Part shown: one piece after another, positions 46,781 through 60,368 of the stretch | How the letters are laid out: every line of letters starts with the position of its first letter | How positions within the stretch are numbered: position 1 is the stretch's first letter | Made by a program: the position numbers and the translations under genes | Assembly (NCBI RefSeq): GCF_009914755.1 | Contig: NC_060928.1 | Direction: 5' to 3' (one strand) | DNA length: 64,000 nucleotides | Origin: the human T2T-CHM13v2.0 reference genome, Homo sapiens | The notes under the pieces: model-generated | Seen by the model: only the letters and a program-made list of their open reading frames with translations | Databases searched by the model: none | Told to the model about the DNA's origin: nothing

Positions 46781-49627
46781 CCTCAAAACAATAAAAAAAC
46801 AAAGAAGCTTATGTTTGATTCATCTAAGAAAACATTTTGAATGAAGAGGTGATTCCCCATTGACCTTGAACTTCCTTTGGGAAGGAAATGCACCGGACTA
46901 CTTTGGATGCCCAGCAGACTTGAGTCTCTGCAGCAGCCTCTGGAAATGAAACTCTGGGCTGCATTAGTGGCTGCTTCCTCCCTCCTAACAAAAATGGTGA
47001 TGAAATTAAGTTCACCAAGACCCTTGGGCCCACACTCCCCCGAATTCACCGTCCCATGTTTCTGAGGGTTAACAGAATAGTTTCTTTTTATAAACTAGTG
47101 AGATGACATTATTAGAATGGAATGGGATGGTTGGCTGACACACTTGCTACCTCAGTGTCAGATTTCTGTGACCTTATATTTCTAGATTGAATTGCAAGAC
47201 TGTAACTCACCCAGGATTTGCAAGTCAATGATCTTAAAAGAAATACTTTGTAATGAACTTTTTTAAGTCCTCTGAAAGGATACAAAATTAACTCTATTAG
47301 CTATTAATAAAAAGGGTTGTGCAAATCAGTGCCTTTTCCAGCTCATGGTTACAGTTTATAAAAGAAAATAATTTCTTGGAATATTTTCACTACCACCTCC
47401 TCACTTCCTTCACACTGTTTTGCCACCTCTCCACCCCCTCACCTGCCTGACTCTATTTCCTGAAAAAGCATCTACATTCTTAAAGCAGTTTGAGATTAAC
47501 CACCTGATGTCTCTTTCTGACTCTTTTAAAGCAGTTTAAAGAAGCAATTTATTAAAAGCTTTAAAAGCAAATGGAACAGAACTCCCTATTTTTAAGGCAA
47601 TAAAGTTGACAGGAAGGGTTGAAACTTTTCTAGAACATAAAAAGCATATTTTTTTCTTATAAATTGACAATCTGCAAGCCAGATTGTGTAGCACGAAGGT
47701 GCCAATTCTCAGATATGAAATTGCAAACAGCATGAGGAAGACATTATATCATCTGGATTCCAGTCTCAGTTCTGCTGTGGTCTGGCCATCATACCACGGT
47801 GCTACTCAATCTCTCTAAGACTAAATTTCTTCTTAAAATGGAGGAGAACAGTTCCATACTGAGTTGCTATAAGGATGAAATAAGATAGTATATATAAAAT
47901 GTTTCATCATAGTAAAATATTAATCTTTATTTCATAAGGAGCTTCTATTGTACAGTCTCATGAAAAGTTACCTGACCACATTCTCTGATGATTGCTCTAT
48001 TTAATGGCACTGATTTGACTCATTTTTGTAAATGAGAACACATAGGTTTTAAAGCTTCTGATTATAACCTTTCTGCTAAGAGGAAATGTGGCTTTAAAGG
48101 ACAGTACCAACTAGGCCCAAGTTCAGAATGGGATTTTGTAAAAAAGGCCATATTCTCTGGCGAACGTAAGTTGAAAGAGTTCTAACTTTGAACCATGTTG
48201 AAGCTCATTGGTGGAAGGTTGAGCTCCAGGAGAGGAAGCTCGGATTGCAGGAAGGGGCTCTCTACGCAAGTGTATTTGCACCATCTGGTGTTTTTTTGTT
48301 CCAAGGACTGGTCAGGTTATATAGGCACATGTGACCCAGGCTGAGCAATTTGAAAACATAATGTTCTTTAGACAGCACAATATGCTGCCTCTGGGAAAGT
48401 TATGACATCAAAAGATAACTATCAAGTGGGCAGGCAGTGGGAGGTGAGGACAAACAGAAAAGGTGCAGTGACCTTTTTATAGGCAATTGCAAAACTGGTC
48501 TTGAAGCTCAAGGAACTCACCTCTGTGCATAAAAGTGTGGCTTCCTCTACCTCTCCTGGACACAGAAGACAAATGAGAAATATTTCTGTGCCATGGTAAG
48601 TTCCAAGAACTGACTTTCAAGACACAAAAAAAGGCCCGATGCTGTGCTCTGTGGTTAACTCCTGTATGAAGGGGCAGGAAGGCAGTGTGTCCCCACCACG
48701 TGCCACAGGAGGAAAGCACAGGAGCTGAAGTGGCAGCCAGCATGGCAGGCAGTACCACTCTATGGTTCTGTGTTAGGAGCGTCTCGTGTCTGAAATGTTA
48801 CCTCTCACCTCCACATGTCTCCTGAAGAGCTGTGACCACCCTCCCATGCCCCGCTCTGCTCTCCCTTCATTACTTCACTCATCCTGGTCATCTGCTCTTT
48901 GAAGTTCTTAATTTGGGCAAAGGGCTGGCAGATGCCTGGGACATGAGTACAAATCCCAAACTGCACTTCCGTTTGCACCCAGGATGAGACTTCCCTAGAG
49001 GGGAGATCAGTATAACTGAGAACTGTGGTAACTTACCCTTCTAAACATTTTTTCCACTTGAGCAAGTGGTTGAGAGGAGAGGAAGGAGGCAGCTGCAGTG
49101 GCCTCTGACCCCCAGAAACTTTTCCAAGAGGCCTGGCATCATGGAAATTTGCTCAGTATGCTTTGAGGAGGTATTTCAATCCTGCTGGGACCATTCTCAG
49201 AGCAGTTTTCGGCTTCTTTGGACTTCTAGGCTTGAATGTCACTGTATAGAAGTATAGTATTTTATTTCCTAACCAGTTGTTCCTTCCCATGGAAAATTCA
49301 TGTAACACATTATTAGGTTTCCTGAGAGGTATGCAATAAGACTCCCTTACTGTAATGAGGAAGGGGACATCTTTTTCCCCCGTAGCACATAATGATAACT
49401 GCTATTTTTATTCAATGGGTTACATATGCTTACTGGCTATGCACTAAACACTAGCTTCATACAAAGGAATGTTCTATTGTTCCTAGTGAAGGAGGTTTGA
49501 TGATAAAAGACCACATTTCATTCTTGGGCTAGCACAGCTTTACTTCAGACAAATGTATTCCAGACAGGAGCCAACCTTCTATACCATTAAAGAATTAATG
49601 AATGCACCATTAAAGAATGGCACTCAA

Positions 49628-49997
<370 letters not shown>

Positions 49998-50234
49998 TTA
50001 TGGTGGAATCTTTCCCCCCAGTTTTAAATTTGGATGCATCAGCTAGGACAGGTAAGTTTGGATGAGTCCCATTTAGAAGATGAACCAAATATTTGGAACT
50101 CTGAATACTTGAATCAAAATGGCTTAAAGCTACTCCTTCTTAAATTGGGCTACACATTGGAATTACCAAGGGAGTTTTAAAACAGCAATAACAACAACAA
50201 ACTAATTCCTGGCTCCTACCTCCAGAAATTCTAA

Positions 50235-50513
50235 TTTATTTTATTTTACTTGTTTTTTGAGACAAGATCTTACTCTGTTGCCCAGGCTGGAGTGCAGTGG
50301 CATGAACACAGCCTTGACCTTCTGGGATCAAGTGATCCTCCTACTTCAGCCTCCGGAGTAGCTGGGACTACAGGTGCACACCACCACACCCAGATAATTT
50401 TTTTATTTTTTGTAGACAGAGTCTCGCTTTGTTGCCCAGACTGGTCTCAAATGATTCCCACCTTGGACCTCCCAAAGTATTGGGATTACAGGCGTGAACC
50501 TCCAAGTCCAGCC
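50235..50513 (-). mobile_element. AluJ-like with deletions, within a MER5-like remnant
   Basis: Antisense Alu. Flanks cacattggaattacc...atgtgggggtgtagccc resemble MER5. Confidence 0.85.
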
Positions 50514-50585
50514 TCAGAGAGTCTAATTTAATAGATGTGGGGGTGTAGCCCTGTATTGGAAACTTTAAAAGCGCCTCAAGAAAAA

Positions 50586-50878
50586 GGCTGGGTGCAGTAA
50601 TCCCTATAATCCCAGCACTTTGGAAGGCCGAGGCAGGAGGATCCCTTGAGTCCAGGTCTGCCTCCAGACCAGCCTGGGCAACATTGCAAGACCCTGTCTC
50701 TACAAAAACTAGCCGGGCATGGTGGTGCGTGCCTGTAGTCCCAGCTACTCAAGAGGCTGAGGCAGAAGGACTGCTTGAGCCAGGAGATTGAAGCTGCAGT
50801 GAGCCATGATCGGGCCACTGCACTCTAGCCTTGGCGACAGAGCAAAACCCTGTCTCAAAAAAAAAAAAAAAAAAAAAA
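50586..50878 (+). mobile_element. AluJ-like
   Basis: TSD tcaagaaaaa, long A tail. Confidence 0.92.
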
Positions 50879-50899
50879 TCAAGAAAAAACAATGGATGG

Positions 50900-51155
50900 T
50901 TCATCTGTACTGAAAATGTACAGCCTTTTTTTCTTGTCATTCTTCCCTAAACAATACAACAGTGATTCACGTAGCATTTACATTATATTAGGTAGGATAA
51001 GTAATCCAGAGATGATTTAAAGTATACAGGAGGAAGTGTATAGGTTATATGCAAATATGACATCATTTTATACAAGGGACTTAAGAATCCATGGATTTTG
51101 ATACCTATGAGGGGGTCCTGGAACCAATCCCCCATGAATGCAGAGCTACAACTGT
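50900..51155 (+). mobile_element. Tigger3-type DNA transposon end
   Basis: gagatgatttaaagtatacaggagg...ggtcctggaaccaatccccc...caactgta. Confidence 0.8.
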
Positions 51156-51945
51156 ATTCATTTATTTCATCAGCCCCCATGTTTCAAAAACCACACTTTG
51201 TATACCCTTAGCATAAATCCCCCATTTCTTGAGAATGAGGGGTAGAGAAATGGTTTCCATAAAGGATTGTTAAATACCACCCCCTCCACATATCCTTAAT
51301 GGAAAATCAGATCTTCGAAGGTCCTGGCAAGCTTTGTCCTGTTCTGTTTTTCTGTTTTATTTAATTTAACTGCTCTAAGATCACAAGTGTCCCATGAAGG
51401 TCCTGGAGAAGAATCTTAAAGTATAGGTTTGTGGGTTACTGAGAGCAGTAGTAGGCTCTTAGACTTCATTAGGCAAAGAGAAACACCTGGTTCCATCTGA
51501 CTTGAGATGAACTGTGGGTTCTTTTTCCTTTGATCATTGTTTATTAAGATGGCTACCTCAAATATGTATTTGTTACCACCTGTCTCCTCATGGTTCTGTT
51601 GCTTTGGGCATCTTCGCATGTGGCAGCTCTGAAGAGCCTCATTAGTCGTTGGCAAAATTATGTCTCTAAGACTAGCGTCTTTGTGCTTTTGCCAGTAGCT
51701 AAAATGTCTGTTTAATTGTATTACCTAGTCTAGAGGCCCGTGCCGCTGTCTGTAGACCAGCTGCCAGATTGCTTAGTACAGTTTGTCAGTGCATTTGAAA
51801 AACGCAATTTTTCTACTCCCCTCTTATTCTGCTGTCAAACTCTAGTCTGATGCTGCGTTTGCTTAGTGGGTGGGATGTGTAAAATTATACATGTGGGGAC
51901 AGTTGCTTGGTTAGTGTGTTTATTGTTTACGTAGGAAGGTTGCTA

Positions 51946-52441
<496 letters not shown>

Positions 52442-54904
52442 TTAAAGGTGTCTCTTAGGGATGAGCCACTATTATTTTTTGATTGTAAATAAGTAGGGGC
52501 CCACAAGCCCTGGACACCTAAAACAATCTTTCATGGAATTTTCTCAGGACACATTTTGTATGTCCTTCACCCTCATAACTTAAAGAAGCGAACAATTGAA
52601 GAGACCCATTGTTTTTTACTGGTGGTTACATGGTACTGAACGTTTTTTTTTTTTAACTAAATTAAAAATCTCCTCAATTATCCCCTCTGACTTGCTCCCT
52701 CACTTCCTTCAGGTATTTGCTCAAATGTCAGCATCCCCTGCAGAGTCCATTTTACATCGCAGTCCCCTTTCTCCTGTATCCTCACACCCTTCTAATCTTT
52801 ATTTTTTACCTGTCTCTCTGTCACACATACTAGAATATAAGTTCTTCGATGGCAGGGATTTTGTTCGGTGTGGTATCCGCAGTGCTTGGAATGGTTCCTG
52901 GCACACAAATGTGCTCACTGAATATTGGTGAGCCAGCTCCAAGCCAGGCTGCCTGACATTGCCTCTCAGCTTTACAACATTTACTACTGAGGGCCCTTGG
53001 ACAAGTTAATTGCCCTGTGCCATGGTTTCATGACTTGTAAAGTGGGGATAGTAACAGTTTCCCCTTCACGGGTATAATAAATTGCTGTCTAAATCTTGGC
53101 TGTTTTTAATTACATCATCAAATAGCGTTAGTTATTTTTCCTGCATTAAGAGCTGCTGGACAGGCAGTCTGCACTTATCTTCACTATCCTTCTATTCCCT
53201 ATGGAATATGGTCAATAGTTTCATCACTTAACTGACCACGCTTTTCTCCTGTATCCCCCACCAAAGAAGGATCATATTCGAAGTTTGTTTTCCCCTCTGT
53301 GAAATGAGATCGACCTAATTTCCTCCTGCCTTAATGCCCCTGTGTATCTTCTTAGTAAGGTAGCCTGTCCCCAGCCCTTGTTCGGGAGTGAGGTCCCCAG
53401 GAGCCTGGCTTCAGGGGTGCTTCTTGTAGCAGGACCCACCCTTCTCTCTGTCCTCAGCTTCCTCAAGTCTCACTGGAATAGGTACTCTTTGCAGTCACCT
53501 TGTTATTTGGAGGTTTGGATTTGTTTCTACTACTCCCACCTCCTACCCCTCAGGGAGCAGTGCTGTGCAGCGGTTAGGAGCACTGGCTTTAAATCTGATA
53601 GAATTTGGTTTACAACCCTGCCCGTTCTGTGAGATCTTGGCCAGTGACTTCACCTCTCACTTTTTTATCTGGGAAGTAAAGACAACCATCCACACTTCAT
53701 ATGGAGGTTGTAGCCATAAAGACAACCTGTGTATAGAACAAAAACTCAGCCTTGGGTTTGGCACACTGTTATCAATCATCTCATTCATAAGTTCAACCAT
53801 AGTTATTGAGCAGGTGCTGGCACCAGTTCTCAGCATATATGTGCTGAATGGAGGCATTTCTATTTTTCACTAAGTAGTTTTCCATACTGTTAGCTGTTTT
53901 ATGAGTAAAAGAACAGATCCAACCGAGGAGGGTTTGGGGCTTACGTTTCTCACCAGTGAAAGTTAAACTAAAATTAGACCGAAATCCAATTTGTCAGGGG
54001 GGGAAATAAAGCAATGGGAAAAGGTGACTTGCTAATAACGATGGATATAAAACTTTAGTACGGGGTGGATGGGTGAGAGGTCACTGGCAAGGCTCCTCTC
54101 CTGACCTCCAGAGGGGTCATTTTGGAGAAACTGCTGCCTGCTTTATGAAGGTCAAAGCACCCAGAAATGAAAGGACTTAGCCTCAGGTCACAGGTCTAGT
54201 AAACCACAGAATGAGGAAGAGAAGTCAGGTTTTCTAGCACCAGCCAAGCCTGCTCTCTCAGGGCATACATAAAAATAGAAAACTCCAAAAGCCAGAGCTC
54301 CTTTTTGCCTTAATCTTATATTTTCTTTCTTACTGGTGGTAGGAAATGGATAATTTGGGATGTTCATGTTTTGTTAGATGATTCTCCCTTCTCTCTCTCA
54401 CACATCTTTCCAGTTTTCCTAGTTTTCCAGTTTTCTTCCTATGACAGTTTTTTTTTTTTCCCCTCAAAGTGTGGTCTTTAGACAACTTGCATCAAAACGG
54501 CTGTGGTGTCTATTTAACTCGCAAATCCTTTGTACCTCTTCCTACATAAGACTGTCTTGAGGGAAGCCTGCCTTTTAACAGATGCCAACACCCACTGAAA
54601 CTTGCAGCCTCTAGCCCTAAGGGAGTGGACATGCTCTTCTCTGGCTGGGTGAGGTCAACCCCATGAATCTTTCCTGCCTCATTGGCCCATGTAAGAGACA
54701 AAAGGATGAGATCAGTGTCCATTTGAGCAACTCCGTGGTTATTCTTCAAAGTCTCTAGCATCGTGCCTTTCCTTGGCCTTGATATATAGGTAAAGTTCAA
54801 AATTCAAATTTTCTACTTCAAATAAAGTTTGGGGATGGTTTTTATTTCTGTGAACTCCTTCAGAAACATTTTAGAACACAACCCAAATGCTCAGAAATGT
54901 TAAA

Positions 54905-54936
<32 letters not shown>
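54905..54936. repeat. (CA)n
   Basis: Directly visible. Confidence 0.9.
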
Positions 54937-57544
54937 CAGTACTTCTCAGCCTGCCACCTTTCCAAGGGCAGAGCAACCTGCAGCAGTTTCTAAAAATAGA
55001 CCTTTCTGCTACAGGTCACTAAGCAGGAATGGCCTCCATGTCACTCTGTTTACAGTTTCACATCTGACACCTTCATAACAACTGTGCTGACTTGATGAGG
55101 CATGAGGACCAACATCAGTCTGTGGGAACTCCTGAGAAAATGCAACCTGGGGCTGTGGCTGGTGTGCAATCGGTGGCATCCCCACAAAATCCAGCCGTGT
55201 TTGGATTCAAGGCCCTTTCAACCTTTGTTTGCCATTCCTCGTCACCTTTCCATCACTGTCTCAAAGTCAGGGGCAGAGGTCAAAAACTCCGAGTCACTCC
55301 ATGAGGTAGCAATGAATATAAACATGAGCTCATGTTCAGGAATTTAAGACTCACCGTGTTTTCTTTCGTTTTGTTTAATCTGTCTTGCATTTCTCCTCTT
55401 TGCAAACTTGTGGGTTTACAATGCATCATCTAGCTGCAAATTTAATTTTAGGCTCTTTCAAGAAAATGCTCAGAAAAGGCGAACTTATCTTTGCTATATT
55501 CAGGACAGCCCTGCAACAGTGAGGGCTGTGTAATAATTCATGCACATTCCCGTCCCAGTCCCTAAGTGTGCAGACTACGTGGGTGGTATTAGAATTAAAA
55601 TTTCTTGGGATTAACATTCTAAAATTAAGAAATGGGGTCAAAGAATGGGGGCACTTGACACTAAATGTACATGAGGTGATTGGACTGGATTACTGAGCAT
55701 TCACAGTCATAGGATTCCTAGTAAGTTCTGAAGAAGTGGACCAATTGTTATCAGTTTAGGATCCTACTTACAGGAATCATTTTTGATTTGCAAACTTAGC
55801 CTGCTATCTTTAAATAAATAATTTTAGTAAGCTCTCAAAATGTTAGCTTTGGGTGGGTGTCTAAGCATTTTCATTCTTTGATTTATTTCTCACAACACCA
55901 GTAATAGGGATTATTACTACTCTATTTTACAGACGAGGAGATAGACTTGCAAGAGGGCAGTCTTATCAAGGGGATACATGTGTTAAGTGTGAATTTAAAC
56001 TCCAGTCTATCTGATACAAAAGCCCAAGCTTTTACATCAGTAAAAACTAGTTCAGTTGAGCTGGTTTTCAGTGATTGCTGAAATCCCTGAACCAATATGG
56101 GTTCTTCAGCCTCTGGGAGAAGAGGAGTTGGGCTTGGCCAATGCTTTTATTTGCTTTGCTTTAAAGAAAGCACACACTGGGCCCTTTTGTTTTCCCAGCA
56201 GTGTTGATTCACGTTCACTAAATAAATTAGCCTTCCCGTGTTGTCTCACTCATTTGACATTAGCAAGTTTACATGCCAATAAAAATAGAAATGGGAGAAA
56301 CAATACTGCAAGAAGAGAGAAGTGGCAGAGGCGTTAGAGTGCACCAAGACATGAACACAAGCTCATCATTTTCTACACTCCTTTCAAAACAAAACAAAGC
56401 AAAACCCCACAGCTTGATTCCAATCACAGTTTGTTCTGTGATTTTATGTGGTTGAAATGCCTGATTAATACTGAAATGTTGTAACATTCATTATTTTGTA
56501 AGAGAATAGTTGAGACTTCCAATAAGATTTTATCATTTCTCTTCCAAATAGTGGAAGCCTGATAAATGATGTTAGGATTCTGTACTAGTCTTACTAGTAC
56601 TTATTCATAGATCTAGAAGTCTCTGTGTCCATTGTGAGATGGGCTGTACGTGGGTCAAATACAGCTTCTGAAGAAGTTGAGATTTGTCTTTGTGCTCTGC
56701 TATTAACAGCATCCTAATGAAGCACTCAAGCTACTCCCATCTTCTCTCTGCTTCCTCCATACTGCGCCCCCCAGCCCAATCTCCCTAAAATCTTTCCTTC
56801 CTGAGAATTGTTCCTCCATATCTGCCTCTTTCCTGGATCCTCATCCAAACTTGCCTTTGCATTTCTTACTCCCTCAGAGCCTTGCTAGGAGATGATTTGC
56901 TAATCTTTGACATGGCTAAGAATAGTAAATGTCCTTTGAGAACAATACAATCTTGCACTAACATACAACGGGAATAATAAAGTTACTATTCATATTTTAA
57001 AGGGCAATTTTGCAGGTTGTCAACATCTTACCCTAAAGGAGTGAGTTCCCAATGGTGTAATCTCAGTGACAAACTGTATACCGTGATAGGTGACAGGACC
57101 TTCAGGTCATGGGCAGAAAGTGATCTTAATAAAGGCTGACCTTGGCCACTGCAGCCTGCATGTTCTGGGGCATCCTGAGGTCTCCCTGTGTGACTGACAC
57201 TTCCCCTGAGGACTATTCCCAGTGCAGTCAGTAGGAAACCTTAGTGGTCAATGATGGTGGGCCAGGGAGGTGAGGGACAGAGGATGTGTCAGATATCCTA
57301 ATAGTATATACAGTTTAAAGACTCATTTCATAATTTTGGGAGTTGTTTTCTAGGGATATTGTGATCGTTCAAATGTAAATATCTGCATCTTGAATATACT
57401 GGAAAAAAGTGATTGGCATGTTTTAGGGGCAGCTCTAGCAGTATAACAGTGTACGGGTTTGCCCCTTTATGGTTTGTGGGTAGGAAGAGATTTATTCTGA
57501 ACTAGTTTTCTCTGCTACCCAACTGCTTATGAAATATGAACACA

Positions 57545-57858
<314 letters not shown>

Positions 57859-57936
57859 GAAATATGAACACAAGCTTGAAACTCAATAAAATTGAGATTT
57901 AGATCTGTCACTTGCCCTCAACAGGCACAACAAGGT

Positions 57937-58050
57937 AAGGTGGCCAGATTTAACAATTAAAAATACAGATGTCCTATTAAATTTGAATTTCTGATAATCA
58001 TTGAATTTATTTTAGTCAAAGTAGGTACCCAATTTTATCTACCAAACCTA
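57937..58050. mobile_element. MER53-like hAT MITE, internally deleted
   Basis: aggtggccagatttaacaattaaaaatacagatgtcc...aaatttgaatttctgataa, ending attttatctaccaaaccta. Confidence 0.65.
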
Positions 58051-58127
58051 GTCACATGACAATTTAGATGTATAGAAAAAAATGTAGGTTCCTTGTCTTC
58101 CTTACAAACCCACTTCTGCTGGTTGGC

Positions 58128-58169
<42 letters not shown>
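58128..58169. repeat. (AAT)14
   Basis: Perfect trinucleotide repeat. Confidence 0.97.
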
Positions 58170-58307
58170 TTTTATTCCTGGCCAAGTTAAAAGCTCACCT
58201 GGTCCAATCAATTTGAATAGTCCCTTAAGGGGCTCAGTCTGAAATAAAATCCTCCCTTGCTCAGATGTCATCTTTTTTCTCCACTGCCCAGCTGTCTTGC
58301 TAAACAG

Positions 58308-58372
58308 TGTCTGGGGATTTGGAGAAGTGGTGAGCGCAGGTCTTTGGCACCATCTCCCCTGGTCCCTTGGCT
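58308..58372 (+). ncRNA. MIR4450: miRNA hairpin miR-4450
   Basis: TGGGGATTTGGAGAAGTGGTGA (58312-58333) matches the recalled mature miR-4450. It pairs imperfectly with CACCATCTCCCCTGGTCCC downstream. Sense to SHROOM3. Confidence 0.85.
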
Positions 58373-59054
58373 CTGTCCATAGCCTTCCCAGCCACTGCTG
58401 GCCTCCAACGCTGAATCCTGCAGCTGGTAAATCCATGGTCAGCCATGGCCTGGGCAATGCCCCTGGGATTGCTGGCAACCCCACACTTACAGATTCAGTC
58501 TCTGCTCAGCTCCCCTTAGCTTCAGACAACTTAGCATCTGCCAAACTCTCATCCCAGCAACTCCTGACCCAGGGCCCATCCTAGGATCATCTCACCCCAC
58601 CATAGTTGCCTCCTTGCAAGTCTGCTGGTTGCCGTCTGATGTCTGAGATTCTTCCTTCTGTCTGGACCTCTAGAGACCTCGAAATTGAGCCAGGCCAGAC
58701 CTACTCCAGTGACCTTCTCCTAGGGTCTCAAATGGTGCAGTGGAGCCAGGGTTCCCTGAGCCCTTTGACATTCTCCTCACTTAGCTCACACACTTTCCCT
58801 CTCCTCCCTGAGGCTAGAAGAGAAATCAGAACTTGGTCCTCACAGCTTGACTTGCCACCATCTTTTCCCTCATTTCCACAAGTTGCTGGGATCTTGAGGG
58901 CTGGGTTTTCTCACTATTTCTCACTCTTCTCTGTGCTTCCCTACTTCTATAACTTCAAGCTTCTTGTCTTAGTTGGGAGGGGTATCTTCTTTGCACGATG
59001 GGAAAATTTTGGCAATTAGAATCCTCTAGGCCTCACCCTGGATAGGTTACAATG

Positions 59055-59210
59055 GTTGTCAAAAGTGTGATCATGCCCAGGAACTTCTGGAAAATACAAA
59101 TTCCCAGGCCCTGCTCTAAGCCTAATGAATTGGGAACTCTGGAGTTTGAGCCTAGCAATCTGATTTACCAAGTCTTCCCCATGATTCTGATGCACCCTAA
59201 AGAACCATGG
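59055..59210. mobile_element. MER5A-like remnant
   Basis: tggttgtcaaaagtgtg...aaatacaaattcccaggccc...gattctgatgcac. Confidence 0.7.
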
Positions 59211-59357
59211 CATTAAATATTTCAGCAAATTCTCTCTCTCCCTCTCTACCAACGCCTTTCTTACCATTTTTCATGCCTAAACTCTTATTAGACAGACCGG
59301 ATACTCCCTCTTAATCTAATTGATTGATTAGCTACATAAACTCAAATCATTTTGTGA

Positions 59358-59695
59358 TTAAAAAAAGAAATGTATAGCCTTAAAAGCAAAGGAAATTCTG
59401 ATATATGCTACAACATGGATGAACCCTAAGGACATTATGCTAAGTGAAATAAGCCAGTCACAAAAAGACAAATACTGTAAATGATTCCACTTGTATAAGG
59501 TACCCAGGGTAGTCAAATTCATACACAAAAAATGTAGAATGGCAGTTGCCACAGGTTGGGGGAGGGGAGATTAGGGAGTTTTGTTGAGTAGGTACAGAGT
59601 TTCAGTTCTGCGAGATGAAAAGAGTTCTGGACATTGGATCTACAAAAATGGGAATATACTTAATGCCACTGAAGTGCACCCTTAAAAAACGGGTA
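59358..59695 (+). mobile_element. L1MB-type 3' end (host), resuming at 61569-61630
   Basis: ggaaattctgatatatgctacaacatggatgaacc...gtacagagtttcagtt...atacttaatgccactgaa, continuing agatggtaaattttg. Confidence 0.85.
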
Positions 59696-60288
59696 TACCA
59701 GCAAACCAAATTCAATAGTACACCAACAAGATCATTCATCACAACCAAGCGGGATTTATCTCTGGGATGCAAGGATGGCTCAACATATACAAATCAATCA
59801 ATACTATATATCTTCTCAATAGAATGAAGAACAAAACCAGATGATCATTTCAAGTGAAGCTGAAAAAGCATTTGATCCTTTCATGATAAACATCCCTTCA
59901 TGATAAAAGTCCTTCAAAAAACTGGGTATAGGAGAAACATACTTCAACATAATAAAAGCCATAGATGACAGACCCACAACTAGTATCACACTGAATGGGA
60001 AAAAAATTGAAAGCCTTTCCTCTAAGATCTGAAGCACAACAAGGCTACCCACTTTCACTACTGGTATTCAACATAGTACTGGAAGTCCTAGCTAGAGCAA
60101 TTAGACAAGAGAAAGAAAAGGCATCCAAACTGAAAAGGAAGAAAGCAAATTATTTTTATTTGCAGATAAGATGATCTTATATTTGGAAAAACCTAAAGAC
60201 TCCACCAAAAAAACTAGCAGAATTGATAAACAAATTCAGTCAAGTCACAGGATACAAAATCAACATACCAAAATCAGCAGCATTTCTA

Positions 60289-60368
60289 TTAGGTTGGTGC
60301 AAAAGTGATTGCAGTGTTTGCCAATAAAAGTAATGACAAAAACTGCAGTTACTTTTGCACCAGCCCAA
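60289..60368. mobile_element. MADE1 mariner MITE
   Basis: 80-bp palindrome ttaggttggtgcaaaagt...acttttgcaccagcccaa, flanked by TA/TA, interrupting L1 sequence catttcta|tatgccaac. Confidence 0.95.
60291..60366 (+). ncRNA. MIR548AH: miRNA hairpin miR-548ah (MADE1-derived)
   Basis: 5p AAAAGTGATTGCAGTGTTTG (60301-60320) and 3p CAAAAACTGCAGTTACTTTTGC (60337-60358) form a long stem and match recalled miR-548ah arms. Confidence 0.85.

Noticed and set aside
56582-56600. Hairpin gtactagt-ctt-actagtac
   Set aside because: 8-bp arms are expected by chance in 64 kb.
58035-59019. 149-aa and 137-aa ORFs, one with poly-Ile
   Set aside because: The poly-Ile comes from (AAT)14, starts are non-ATG and no domain is evident.
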